Source of the DNA: a virus
Lineage: Duplodnaviria > Caudoviricetes
Virus record (IMG/VR): IMGVR_UViG_2706795974_000001
Coordinates: 9,753-73,752 of that record
DNA length: 64,000 nt
Strand: one strand, 5' to 3'
Below the pieces are notes generated by a model. The model worked only from the letters and a program-made list of their open reading frames with translations, did not search any database and was not told where the DNA came from. This document shows, piece after piece, positions 1 to 9,645 of the stretch. Within the stretch, counting starts at the first letter, position 1; each line of letters opens with the position of its first letter. Made by a program: the position numbers and the translations under genes.

Positions 1-632
1 ACTACGGCACAATCACCCAGCGTCGTCATCCTGAGATGATTCGCGCAGTTCTCAAGAGTCTTTACGGCGATCCGGTTGAGAAGTTTGATCGCAACAACTA
101 CGCGATCAAGTCGCCGCAGTGGCGCGAGTCGTCTAAGTGGACCGAGAACTCGGGCGAAGAGATTCGAGAGTTCCACCTGAACCACACTATTATGCAGGAA
201 CTCAAGGGCGTTATGGACACAAACAAGATTGTGTCTTATGAGTTTCTGAACAGCCTTACAGAGTCACAGCTTGCTGCATACCTTCGCACGTCACTTGTGT
301 ACGCGGATGGCAACCACACCGTGCGCCAGGATTCTCTGATGCAGAAGTCTCGCGAGGCTGCTGAACGATTCCAGTACGCTTGCACTCTGTATGGAATTGC
401 AACAACGCTGTATCACCAGAAGCCTGATGCTCGGTTCCCGAACGACACCGGCATGTGGGTTGTGAGTATTCGCCGCAAGGAGTACTTCAATCCGCGCCAG
501 GCCTCACAGTCGCACCGGGGCGGCAGGTTCAAGTCCGAGTGGGTAGACTACTCTGGAATCGTCTGGTGCCCCACCACCGCGAACGCGACCTGGCTGGCCC
601 GGCGTAATGGCACGGTGTATTTCACCGGCAAC
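1..632 (+). mobile_element. Intein with LAGLIDADG homing endonuclease (C-terminal part) in the portal gene
   Basis: LAAYLRTSLVYADG is LAGLIDADG-like. YSGIVWCPTTANATWLARRNGTVYFTGN followed by Ser matches intein blocks F/G, with terminal Asn at 630-632 and +1 Ser at 633. Confidence 0.9.
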
Positions 633-1445
633 TCACAGATGCGTGGCGCGGACTTTGAGCGCTACCTGACGCGCCTCGACGAGGAGATGAGCCTTGCACT
701 CTTTACGCCCCTTCTGCTGCTGCGGACAGCCGATGCAGGTGGATTTAACCAGGGGGTTGCTCACACTCAAGTGTACCTGTGGATGCTCAACGCTGTGGCG
801 GGCGACATGGCAGAGTATATCGACAAGTACGTTCTGCGGTACATGGCAATCTACAACTTCGGTCCCAAAGCCAAGCTCCCACGAATCCGCTTTCGGAAGC
901 TAGGCACCGCGCAGCAGGAGACCCTGCGTGCAATCGTCCAGGCGATGATCGGCAAGGGTCAGGTCAAGCCAGATGTCACCGAGCTCGGCCAGCACATCGG
1001 CCTCACCCTCGAGGAAATTGAAGAGGTTACTGAGCCCGGTCCCGATCCAGACGCTGTAGACGAGGACGACGAAGAGCTCGGCGACAACGGCAACAAGGAC
1101 GGGCGAGTCGGTCGACCTGAGCGATTGAAGGATCAGGACGGAATCAAGCCGGGGTCCACCACCAAGCAGATCAGCGCTCGTATTGCGGAACAGATTAAGC
1201 GCGCATACAAGCGGAACGATTTGCTCGATTGGAAACCGGCTCCGGGATTCCATCGGCAATTGACGGGCGAACTACAAGCAATGGGCCACATGGACGCCCG
1301 GCGTGCGGCGTCGGTGTTCAACGACACCGTGATCGGCGTGCTGTCCGAATCGGCAAAGTTGGACTGGTCATCGGCAGAGGAGTTCATTGCCTACGCCGAG
1401 GGCATCATCAACGCTGAAGGAGAGAAGCTCTATGCCTCTGCCTAG
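1..1445 (+). CDS. Portal protein (Mu gp29/DUF935-like), 5'-truncated by the window edge and intein-interrupted
   Basis: The frame is open from nt 3. The C-extein SQMRGADFERYLTRLDEEMSLALF...GGFNQGVAHTQ...IDKYVLRYMAIYNFG resembles the DUF935 portal C-terminus, and the gene lies upstream of protease and capsid. Confidence 0.75.
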   Translation, partial: YGTITQRRHPEMIRAVLKSLYGDPVEKFDRNNYAIKSPQWRESSKWTENSGEEIREFHLNHTIMQELKGVMDTNKIVSYEFLNSLTESQLAAYLRTSLVYADGNHTVRQDSLMQKSREAAERFQYACTLYGIATTLYHQKPDARFPNDTGMWVVSIRRKEYFNPRQASQSHRGGRFKSEWVDYSGIVWCPTTANATWLARRNGTVYFTGNSQMRGADFERYLTRLDEEMSLALFTPLLLLRTADAGGFNQGVAHTQVYLWMLNAVAGDMAEYIDKYVLRYMAIYNFGPKAKLPRIRFRKLGTAQQETLRAIVQAMIGKGQVKPDVTELGQHIGLTLEEIEEVTEPGPDPDAVDEDDEELGDNGNKDGRVGRPERLKDQDGIKPGSTTKQISARIAEQIKRAYKRNDLLDWKPAPGFHRQLTGELQAMGHMDARRAASVFNDTVIGVLSESAKLDWSSAEEFIAYAEGIINAEGEKLYASA

Positions 1446-3942
1446 CCTAACGGGCAACCCGGTCAAATACGGTAAGGTCACATGGACTGGCCTTGTGTCC
1501 GCAATGGACTCTCTCGATGAGGACGACAATCCAGACATCGACGCGATCACCGGCACGATTATCTTCAAGCCGAGTGCGCCGTACCTGAAGTCTCCTTCGT
1601 CCACTCCGAAGTTCACCGTCGCACTGATGAACCGTCAGGTCAACATCGCCGACGCGCAGATTGACGAGCAGGGTCGCAAGTACATCAAGCTGGAAGCGAG
1701 CGTCGGCGATGTACAGCCCGACTCCTTCACATGGACTGCGGTGTTCAACCTCGCATACAAGGGCGTATTCGTCACCATCCCGAACGCAACCTTCCAGCTC
1801 CTGGAAGGCCAGGAGATCGACCTCACCGACCACATCCCGCCAGCGGACTCGGCAGCCCCGACGTCGCCAATGGTCAACGATGTATTCATCGCTCGCAGCC
1901 AGGCCGTCGCAGCCCGCGACGAGGCGATTGAGGCGCGCGACGAGGCGGTAGAAGCGGTGTCGGGCATCCCGACTGAAGTTTTGACCATACCAGTCGCCGA
2001 CGCTACGTATGCCCCGACCTACGGGGCGATCCTCGCCGCCAGCTACGGGGTGTCGCCGTCGGCGACCCGCGCCGAGAACGTCGCCCGGTTGCAGGCGGCG
2101 GTGAATGCGGCGATCGCGGCGGGCACGAACCTCATCCTGCCCACCACCGGGCCGGGCGAGACGATCAAGGTCAACGGCACCGTCACCATCGGCGGCGCGG
2201 GCGGTATCGAGATTCAAACCCCGGGCCGGTGCGTGTTCGACCAGTCGGTGCGTGAAGCGGTGTTCAAGGTGTCCGCGCCGAACGTCATCATCCGGCCCGG
2301 ATTCGAGTTCGTGGGCACCGGCCTGAACATGACCGGCTCGGGCGGTCCGCTGGAATACGTGCGGTTCGCCGCCGTGTGGCTCGACGGCGGCTCACACGGG
2401 GCGCGTGTCTACAACATGAAAGCCACCGGCTTCCACCGCGCCCTGCGGATCGACGCCTCACTCACCGAAACCCCCGAGGTGGTGCCGAACCTGCGCGACA
2501 TCATCGTCGACGGCGTGCTCGCTGTGGATTGCTGGACTGGTGTGTCGGTGGCCGGTGTGACCGACCTGGCGCTGTCCAACATTCGCGGCAACTACAAGAA
2601 AGCATTCGCTACCGACGACACCGACACCGCGCAGCCGCCGCACCTCATCTACATCATCGACCGCGAATCGGTAGGCCGCCTCAACTACAACGTGTCCATC
2701 CGCCAGTGCCACGCCTGGGACGGTGCCGACGGTGCCGCCTATGCCCTCAAGGGTATTCGCGGTTACTCCTACGACGGACTGTTCGCCCGCAACTGCGAGG
2801 GCATTCTCGACCTGATCAACCTCACCGACGGCAAGGCTGGGTCGGCGGTCTCCATCGACGACGTGTATCCGGCCGCCGGGGCGCGGGCGTCGGTGGCGAT
2901 CAAGAACTCTGTCCGCGCCGAGGTGCGGGCTGTGGTGACCGCCAAGACCGGCAACTACGGACGGCTGCTATACGTGGAGGGCGGCACCGAGGACTCGTTC
3001 ATCGACGTCGACCTCACCGTCAACAAGACGACCGCCGTCACCGGCAACAACAACGGTGTTGGGCGGGTGTCGGGCAAGCGCAACGAGGTGCGGGCACGGG
3101 TCACCAACCTCGGAGCCTCCATGCAGGCCGCGCTGTCGGTGTCGTCCTCAGGGTCTGAACGCAACACCATCCACGATCCGGTCACCGCCGGTTCATTCCG
3201 GTATCCGATCGAACTGCTGCAGGGCTACAACCACGTCGTCGAATACGACGCCCGCCGCCTGGTCCCGGATGCAGTGGCCGGGGCTGGGGCGACCTCCGTG
3301 TTTGTCGATGCCGGTGCGGTGCGCCCGCTGCTGCGCAACCGGGCCGTCGGCGACGTACTCGGCACCGGATGGTTCGACAACTTCAACCGCACCGACGGCG
3401 CCAGCCTGACCTTGACGACCGACGGGCAGGCGTACACCATGCTCAACGGCGCCAAGTTCACCACCGTGGGTAACGCTTCGTTCTGCAACCTCGCCAATAT
3501 CGGGGGTGCGTTCGCGCTCCCGGCGGGGGGCACCCCGAACGGCACCTGGCGCGTCAAGATTGGTACACCCGGTGTCGGCACCGACGGGTTCGTCTTCCGC
3601 ACCGACTACGCCCCAGCGGGCGGGTCGGCGTTCCCGGTCGACGGTATCCGCCTGGGCTACAACACCTCCACCTCGGATGCGAGGCCCCGGTTGCAGACCC
3701 GGCTAGGTGGGGGGTCGTGGACGACGGTGGCGACCGCACCGAATGGGACGGCAGCGGTGGCGGGGTCGGAGTTCGTGATCACGGCCTCCGGCACGGCGAT
3801 CACGGTGACGTTGGACGGTACGTCGATCTTGACCTACACCGACAACGATCACGGGTCGCGGGTGGCCTCGGGTCTGTTCGTGAACACCCCGGCGACGGAT
3901 CAGTGGAAGATCGACGAAATCCAGTTCACCCCGGCCGCCTGA
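1432..3942 (+). CDS. Virion spike/fibre with parallel beta-helix (pectate-lyase-like) and C-terminal lectin-like domain; putative polysaccharide depolymerase
   Basis: ATG at 1432 overlaps the portal end. An N-terminal adaptor domain and short coiled coil (ARDEAIEARDEA) precede NVARLQAAVNAA..GTNLILP and repetitive Asn/Gly/Val beta strands, then FDNFNRTDG...a ConA-like C-terminus. Confidence 0.65.
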   Translation: MPLPSLTGNPVKYGKVTWTGLVSAMDSLDEDDNPDIDAITGTIIFKPSAPYLKSPSSTPKFTVALMNRQVNIADAQIDEQGRKYIKLEASVGDVQPDSFTWTAVFNLAYKGVFVTIPNATFQLLEGQEIDLTDHIPPADSAAPTSPMVNDVFIARSQAVAARDEAIEARDEAVEAVSGIPTEVLTIPVADATYAPTYGAILAASYGVSPSATRAENVARLQAAVNAAIAAGTNLILPTTGPGETIKVNGTVTIGGAGGIEIQTPGRCVFDQSVREAVFKVSAPNVIIRPGFEFVGTGLNMTGSGGPLEYVRFAAVWLDGGSHGARVYNMKATGFHRALRIDASLTETPEVVPNLRDIIVDGVLAVDCWTGVSVAGVTDLALSNIRGNYKKAFATDDTDTAQPPHLIYIIDRESVGRLNYNVSIRQCHAWDGADGAAYALKGIRGYSYDGLFARNCEGILDLINLTDGKAGSAVSIDDVYPAAGARASVAIKNSVRAEVRAVVTAKTGNYGRLLYVEGGTEDSFIDVDLTVNKTTAVTGNNNGVGRVSGKRNEVRARVTNLGASMQAALSVSSSGSERNTIHDPVTAGSFRYPIELLQGYNHVVEYDARRLVPDAVAGAGATSVFVDAGAVRPLLRNRAVGDVLGTGWFDNFNRTDGASLTLTTDGQAYTMLNGAKFTTVGNASFCNLANIGGAFALPAGGTPNGTWRVKIGTPGVGTDGFVFRTDYAPAGGSAFPVDGIRLGYNTSTSDARPRLQTRLGGGSWTTVATAPNGTAAVAGSEFVITASGTAITVTLDGTSILTYTDNDHGSRVASGLFVNTPATDQWKIDEIQFTPAA

Positions 3943-4009
3943 CCCCGCCCATATCTCCCGGTATGCCGCGCGCGGTTTGTTATTGACTCACAATAGAAAG
4001 ACTGGTGCC

Positions 4010-4315
4010 ATGAAACCAGAGTCGAGACACCCACTGAGGTGTACGTGCAGAACACAGCCGCTGCTTGCTTACTACGGCAGAAACAGCAGGGGTCGGGCGT
4101 TTGTTCACGTAGCTTCATTCAAGAACAAGCGTCCGATCTCGCAGGTGTACACCACGGCACCCATATCCGTATGGTGCCCGGTGTGCGGTAAGTGGTGGAA
4201 CATCTTCGTGAAAAACGAGAAGCTCACTGCCGAAGAACGCCAGAGCGCTCCCCCGGTTCCGGAGCAAAAATCCAAATCGCGGGTATTGCTGGACAACCCG
4301 CCGAACGACCAGTAA
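4010..4315 (+). CDS. Small Com-like zinc-ribbon protein
   Basis: LRCTC...LLA...ISVWCPVCG resembles the Mu Com motif RCxxC..LLA..IxCPxCG. Confidence 0.5.
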   Translation: MKPESRHPLRCTCRTQPLLAYYGRNSRGRAFVHVASFKNKRPISQVYTTAPISVWCPVCGKWWNIFVKNEKLTAEERQSAPPVPEQKSKSRVLLDNPPNDQ

Positions 4316-4329
4316 GGTTTGGTGACATT

Positions 4330-5544
4330 ATGACCAACGCAACGCTATCGCCCGCGCAGCGCAGGAACTGCGTCTTCGTTCGGAACCTGGGCGCCCCAGT
4401 CAAGACCTACGAGAAGAAGGTCGATGACAAGTCGGGCAACGGTGGGACGGTAGATGCACTGATCATCGAGGGCAAGCCGATCTTCCGGAGCGGCACGTTC
4501 TCTGACAGCATGGGCATCGAGCACACGTGGGAAACCCTGCACTTGCAGCAGATGGTGGATCACGCAGCGCTCCTGTCCAGCCGTGGCATCTTCGAGGACG
4601 TGCCGGTTCGCAAGGGTCATCCCGACTGGGGTGGACTGTTCAGCGATCCCGTCCGCAATGCGATGGACGAGCTCATTGGGTACATGGGCAACTTCCGAAC
4701 GGAAGAGAGGGTCAACCCAGCCGACGGTCAGACCTACACATACTTGCTCGCAGACCTCGAAATTCTCGAAGAGAACGCGATCAAGAACATCAAGAGCGGT
4801 CTGTGGCGGAACGTCTCCGCTGAGATCAGCACATACGTCACCAACGGGAACGCAGAGTACTGGCCAGTCATGTACGGGGTGGCCTACGTAGACATCCCGG
4901 CTGTCGAAGGGCTCAAGTCTCAGCACTCGAAGGCGGCGAATCAGTTCAGCATCATCCTGGAGGAAGACATGGGACAGACGCCCAACAACCCGAACCCGCC
5001 GGTCCCCGGCGCTGGCGAGGCAAGCAGCGAGGGGAACAACAACACCGTGAGCAGCCACAGCGCCCCGGCTCAGCAGCCCTTCGCGTTCAGCATCGGCGGC
5101 AAGACGACCACCGACTTCGCTGCCGTGCAGGCACACATCAACACCCTCGAGACCAGCATCGCCGGGCTCGAGCAGTTCAAGCGCGAGTCCCTCGAGGCTG
5201 GGCGCGTCGCCTACGTCAAGTCGCTGATCGACGCCAACAAGGTGCCGGCCACCGAGGAGGCGAAGTTCATCGAGTACGCCAAGAAGCAGACCGAGGAAGG
5301 CTTCGCCGAGTGGAAGTCCATGATGGACTCCATTCCGGCCATGTCGATCACCGCCAAGCAGGGCGCGGGCTTCTCGCAGAGCCCCGAGCAGACCCAGCAG
5401 GTTGACGCGACCGCCGAGCGGATCGACGTTCTGAAGTCCATCGTGGCATCGCACTCGATGGGCAACCGCATGACGAAGGAGCAGATCATGGAGCAGCCTT
5501 CGTACAAGGAGCTCAAGCAGCTCGACCCGAGCTTCGTCCTCTAG
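4330..5544 (+). CDS. Capsid maturation protease/scaffold (Mu gp32-like)
   Basis: PVRKGH, LWRNVSAEI and VAYVDIPAVEGL motifs, then a coiled-coil scaffold C-terminus; head-module position. Confidence 0.8.
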   Translation: MTNATLSPAQRRNCVFVRNLGAPVKTYEKKVDDKSGNGGTVDALIIEGKPIFRSGTFSDSMGIEHTWETLHLQQMVDHAALLSSRGIFEDVPVRKGHPDWGGLFSDPVRNAMDELIGYMGNFRTEERVNPADGQTYTYLLADLEILEENAIKNIKSGLWRNVSAEISTYVTNGNAEYWPVMYGVAYVDIPAVEGLKSQHSKAANQFSIILEEDMGQTPNNPNPPVPGAGEASSEGNNNTVSSHSAPAQQPFAFSIGGKTTTDFAAVQAHINTLETSIAGLEQFKRESLEAGRVAYVKSLIDANKVPATEEAKFIEYAKKQTEEGFAEWKSMMDSIPAMSITAKQGAGFSQSPEQTQQVDATAERIDVLKSIVASHSMGNRMTKEQIMEQPSYKELKQLDPSFVL

Positions 5545-5580
5545 GTTCGCGGCCACCCACAACAAGAAGGAAGATACACG

Positions 5581-6051
5581 ATGGCTGATTTCGTGAAGGG
5601 CCGCGAAGAGTACGCGGTCCACGGCAAGCGAAACATCCTGCGCCACGCGCACCCCGGCAGCTACACGGTCCAGTCGAAGACCATCTCGCACGAAGCCTTC
5701 CCGGTCGCCGAGGATGCTGACGGCAACCCCGACTACGTCCTGCAGGAGGGCGAGGTTCTCGCCGTGCTGACCTCCGGCGCCCATGCGGGCAAGGTAGTTC
5801 CGTTCCAGCTCGACGGTACCGAAGCCTTCACCGACGGTCGCTCGACCACGGACAACCTGGTCGGCGTCTGCAAGGACTACTTCGGCTGGGAGCTGTCCGA
5901 GCGCGACGTGGAGGCTGGCGTCCTGAATCGCGGCCACCTGGTTCAGGCCTGGTGCACCATCCGCGACGCGGACGGCAATCGGGTCGCCCTGACCAACACG
6001 GTCGCCGATGCGCTCCGTGGCAAGAAGAACCTCGACATCCTCTTCTCGTAA
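5581..6051 (+). CDS. Capsid decoration protein
   Basis: 156 aa between scaffold and capsid, with LQEGEVLA..GKVVPF...GVC pattern and strong RBS AAGGAAG. Confidence 0.65.
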   Translation: MADFVKGREEYAVHGKRNILRHAHPGSYTVQSKTISHEAFPVAEDADGNPDYVLQEGEVLAVLTSGAHAGKVVPFQLDGTEAFTDGRSTTDNLVGVCKDYFGWELSERDVEAGVLNRGHLVQAWCTIRDADGNRVALTNTVADALRGKKNLDILFS

Positions 6052-6063
6052 GGAGACATACAA

Positions 6064-7263
6064 GTGACCGCATCACTGGGCATGTTCAACAAGCCCCAGC
6101 CGTCCGCCCACGGAGCGCAGCCGCTGGACAAGCTGATCCGCAAGGAGGTGGCACTCGGCGTCATCAAGGAGATCGTGAAGCCCGAGGATCACATCGGACT
6201 CACCCTCTTCCCCTTCAAGGAAGTCCCGACCGACGACTACATCTTCTCGTACGTCAAGGGTCTGACAACCGGCCTGGCCCCCGCCATCGCCGAGTCGGCC
6301 GAGTCAGAGCTCGCCCAGAAGGACAGCGGGCTCGCCAACCAGGGCCGTGCGTCGATCATCGACTGGCGACTCAAGGACCACTACGACGCCGCCGACGTGC
6401 AGCGCTTCCTGGACCTGCAGCTCCTGGCCGAGGCGAATCAGTTCGGCCCGTACGGCCTGCCGAACACCCTGATGGGTGACGTCAACCAGCTTCCGCAGCG
6501 CATCCAGCGTGACACCGAGGAGCGCCGTCGCCGCCTCGACAACCGAGCTGAATGGCTGATCATGCAGTCGCTCAGCAATGGCGGCATCGCCTACAACGAC
6601 GGCAACATCAAGTTCTCCGTCGACTGGAAGCGCCCCGCCGATCAGCAGGCACAGGCACCCGCCTCGGGCACTTACGCAGGCACCACGCACGATCCCATCG
6701 GCGACATCAACAAGATCAAGCGACTGATCTACAACCGCTACGGCGTCCTGATCACTCGCGCGATCTGCTCGAACAAGTTCCTGCTGAGCCTCGTCAACTC
6801 GGACAAGTTCATCCTCCGGGCCGGTCTGGGCACCGCCAGCAACTCGGGCATTTCGCAGTCGGACATCCCGTACCTCATCAACGGCTGGGGTCCGCAGGTT
6901 GCAATCGACATTGTCGAGCAGCAGACCGGCGTGAAGTTCATCGAGTACGATTCGGGCTACCGCAGCAAGCCCGACTTCGCGCAGGGTCCGGTGACCTTCA
7001 ACCGCTACCTGCCGGAGAACCGGGTCATCTTCCTGCCGGACGACAACGCGATGGCCGAGTACGACTCGTCGGACATCGGCCTCGGCAAGATGCTGACCAG
7101 CCCGCACAGCATGGGCAACGGTAGCGCGGGCTTCTACATGTGGGAGCAGGACACCACCGACCCGTGGGGCAAGAACATCGGCACCGGCATCAAAATGTTC
7201 CCCCTCTTCCCTCACATGGAGCTGACGTACACGATGGACGTCACGCTTCCGTCCGATCTCTAA
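6064..7263 (+). CDS. Major capsid protein (HK97 fold, lambda E-like)
   Basis: 399 aa with strongly biased codons. RRRRLDNRAEWLIMQSLSNG, HDPIGDI and RYLPENRVIFLP are typical of the phage capsid E family. Confidence 0.9.
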   Translation: MTASLGMFNKPQPSAHGAQPLDKLIRKEVALGVIKEIVKPEDHIGLTLFPFKEVPTDDYIFSYVKGLTTGLAPAIAESAESELAQKDSGLANQGRASIIDWRLKDHYDAADVQRFLDLQLLAEANQFGPYGLPNTLMGDVNQLPQRIQRDTEERRRRLDNRAEWLIMQSLSNGGIAYNDGNIKFSVDWKRPADQQAQAPASGTYAGTTHDPIGDINKIKRLIYNRYGVLITRAICSNKFLLSLVNSDKFILRAGLGTASNSGISQSDIPYLINGWGPQVAIDIVEQQTGVKFIEYDSGYRSKPDFAQGPVTFNRYLPENRVIFLPDDNAMAEYDSSDIGLGKMLTSPHSMGNGSAGFYMWEQDTTDPWGKNIGTGIKMFPLFPHMELTYTMDVTLPSDL

Positions 7264-7272
7264 GGAGGAGAT

Positions 7273-7467
7273 ATGGCGAACAAGAGCACGGTCGTCTTCC
7301 GCAAGAAGGGTGCACGCGGTGGAGTGAACCCCGGCACCGCTGGCACGAACGCAGGGCTCCTGCCCTACGGCGCGCAGACCGGCGGGCAGTCCAGCGCCGA
7401 TCCGGTCAAGTCGGTGAAGGCGATGCAGGACAAGAACCGACGCGCCATCGGCTACGGCCAGCGCTGA
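7273..7467 (+). CDS. Small basic hypothetical protein
   Basis: 64 aa, RBS AAGGAGG, capsid-like codon bias. Confidence 0.6.
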   Translation: MANKSTVVFRKKGARGGVNPGTAGTNAGLLPYGAQTGGQSSADPVKSVKAMQDKNRRAIGYGQR

Positions 7468-7472
7468 GAACC

Positions 7473-7512
7473 CGTCCAGCCAGGGTTCACCCCCGCGACC
7501 CCTGGCTGGACG
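7473..7512 (+). terminator. GC-rich stem-loop after capsid genes
   Basis: 13-bp perfect arms CGTCCAGCCAGGG / CCCTGGCTGGACG; no U-tract. Confidence 0.55.
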
Positions 7513-7533
7513 CCCTCACCTTCAAGGAGAATC

Positions 7534-7818
7534 ATGGCAGAGAACGAAGTGACCATCGAAGCCGAGACCGAGGAAGGTCTGGCCATCGGTCGGCCCGACA
7601 ATCCCGAAGCCGCCGTCGAGGCCGACAAGCCGGTCTACTCGGACGAGGAGCGTGACGAGTACGCACGCTTCGGCGCGACCCCGCTGCCCGAGGCTGGCTC
7701 GTTCGGAGCAACCCTCGAGTCCGACAAGGACGAAGAGGTCAAGGAAGAGAAGAAGCCGGAGCCAAAGAAGTCGAGCACCCCCTCGACCCCGACTCCGCCG
7801 TCGAGCCCGAAGGCCTGA
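7534..7818 (+). CDS. Acidic hypothetical protein
   Basis: 94 aa, RBS AAGGAG. Confidence 0.65.
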   Translation: MAENEVTIEAETEEGLAIGRPDNPEAAVEADKPVYSDEERDEYARFGATPLPEAGSFGATLESDKDEEVKEEKKPEPKKSSTPSTPTPPSSPKA

Positions 7819-7824
7819 TAAAGG

Positions 7825-8343
7825 ATGCCGACTAACCGCGCAGTGTACTGCACTGATGCTGCTATTAAGACGCACGTGCAGAACATCAAGCTGCCTACAG
7901 GTGTAACCTGGGACAGCCTTGCCGAGACCGCCTCGAATGAGGTGGACTCGAATCTCGGTGTGCGGTACGTCACTCCAATTCAGGTTTCGGCCAATGATCC
8001 GACGCAGAAGGCCGCCGCCTACTGGCTACAGAATGTGACCAGTATGGTGGCGGCCGGGCGTCTGATGCTTTCTATTGCAGCACCCGGTTCGCAGGACACC
8101 GCCAACAGTTACGGTCAGTACCTGCTGCGTAACGCGCAGCAGTTGATGAACGACGTAATCAGTGGCAAGGTAGACCTCCCGGGCGCAGAGGAAGTCCCCG
8201 CGAATGGCTCGACCATTCAGGGTCCGACCGTCCTCAACCAAGATGCTTTCTCCCAGGTGGACTTGTTCTACGACAACTTCATGCCTGAAGGAATTGTGCC
8301 AGGCCGCACAGTGCGACCGGGAGGTACGCCGTGGCCGATGTGA
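7825..8343 (+). CDS. Head-to-tail adaptor (Mu gp36/DUF1320-like)
   Basis: N-terminal YCT, ASNEVDSNLGVRYVTPI and LMNDVISGKVDL match the gp36 pattern. Confidence 0.7.
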   Translation: MPTNRAVYCTDAAIKTHVQNIKLPTGVTWDSLAETASNEVDSNLGVRYVTPIQVSANDPTQKAAAYWLQNVTSMVAAGRLMLSIAAPGSQDTANSYGQYLLRNAQQLMNDVISGKVDLPGAEEVPANGSTIQGPTVLNQDAFSQVDLFYDNFMPEGIVPGRTVRPGGTPWPM

Positions 8344-8825
8344 TTCTCGAAACGATTGTCGATGTACGTCGGCCGACGCTTCGGATCAAAGCGTTCCAGG
8401 ACAAGGTCGAGGGCGCGAGCCTTGCAGGTTTCATGCAAGGATTCGCCGCCCCGCTTCTTCAGGATCGCGCCTCTGACCGCTTCGATCAGGACGGTGACAG
8501 CGCTTCGGGAAAGTGGAAGCCGCTGCAGGAGTCCACGATCCAGCGCCGCGAGAAGGCGGGCTACGTCCCGATCAAGATCAATGAGCGCACAGGAGCCATG
8601 CGGGCCTGGGTGGAAAGTGCGCAAGGCAGAATTACTGCAGTGAAGTACGCCGCCGTTCTGGAATGGCCTGGCACTCCGTCTAACCGCACCATCGGCCGAA
8701 AGTTGAAGGTAGCGCAGATGGGCCTGCCCGAGCCGTATACCCCAAAGCGGCCTGTCGTTGCAGTTGAAGGTGAAGACTTGCTGACGATTCTCGTCGCAAT
8801 GGAGAATTGGATTGGAGCGCCGTGA
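8331..8825 (+). CDS. Virion morphogenesis/tail completion protein (Mu gpG-like)
   Basis: DRFDQDG..SGKWKPLQESTIQRR...P.RP motif. Confidence 0.7.
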   Translation: MADVILETIVDVRRPTLRIKAFQDKVEGASLAGFMQGFAAPLLQDRASDRFDQDGDSASGKWKPLQESTIQRREKAGYVPIKINERTGAMRAWVESAQGRITAVKYAAVLEWPGTPSNRTIGRKLKVAQMGLPEPYTPKRPVVAVEGEDLLTILVAMENWIGAP

Positions 8826-9307
8826 TAGACAATCCCGGTGACATCTTCTTTCCATACAACGCCATCGCGGTTCTGGAGAACGCAACTCGGGCGGTCATCG
8901 ACCCCACACTCAACTTCGAGCGACGCAGACTTCTGGTAACCGATCCCAACGATACCGTAGGCTTTGTGCCTGTGAGTTGGAATCCGGTAGCAGGAGAAGT
9001 GGGCAGACACGAGTCTTCGATTCAGCTCTACACGCTTTACGTTCAGACGCTCATCGTTGATCCAGATGAGGCGCGAGGACTGCAGACCCATTCCTACTTC
9101 GCAAAACGCATGAGGGAAATGCTTGTGCGGAACGGGGCTCTACGTGTAGCGTTGGGTTCACTTGAGACGGTGGACCCGGCGGGCGTCAGAGAGAAGACTC
9201 TACAGTTCCGAGTGGGCGAGCAGGTCTTCCATAACCAGGAAACCGACGGCAACTGGCGGTACCTGAGCACGCTCGAGCTTCGGCTCGAAACCCAGATCAG
9301 TAACTAG
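8822..9307 (+). CDS. Tail terminator/completion protein
   Basis: GTG at 8822 overlaps the upstream TGA; size and position before the major tail gene. Confidence 0.55.
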   Translation: MIDNPGDIFFPYNAIAVLENATRAVIDPTLNFERRRLLVTDPNDTVGFVPVSWNPVAGEVGRHESSIQLYTLYVQTLIVDPDEARGLQTHSYFAKRMREMLVRNGALRVALGSLETVDPAGVREKTLQFRVGEQVFHNQETDGNWRYLSTLELRLETQISN

Positions 9308-9321
9308 CAAAGGGAGTTGTA

Positions 9322-9642
9322 ATGGCTGAAGCGCCAACACCCGACGAGCTCGAGGCCAAGCGCCGGGAGCTCGCCGAGCTGCGTAAGGCAAACGCAGAGA
9401 AGGCCTCGGGACGTGACAACGAAGCTTCGGACAAGCGCCGCCAGGCCGAGTACGAGGCACTGCAGGCCGAGATCAACTACGAGCTGCAGGCCCAGGCCAT
9501 CCTGGATGGCAAGCCGCTGCCCGTGTTCGAGGAGTCCGAAGTGAACACTCCGCCGGATAACTCGACCGTCTCCACGCCGCCCAGCCCGCCGAGTGCCTAC
9601 AGCTCCTCGGCGTACAACGACGACGACGAGAACGGAGAGTAA
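9322..9642 (+). CDS. Hypothetical protein (coiled coil, acidic tail)
   Basis: 106 aa, RBS GGGAG. Confidence 0.6.
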   Translation: MAEAPTPDELEAKRRELAELRKANAEKASGRDNEASDKRRQAEYEALQAEINYELQAQAILDGKPLPVFEESEVNTPPDNSTVSTPPSPPSAYSSSAYNDDDENGE

Positions 9643-9645
9643 GTC

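Noticed and set aside
4345-6063. 572-aa minus-strand ORF
   Set aside because: Antisense shadow of the codon-biased protease and decoration genes.
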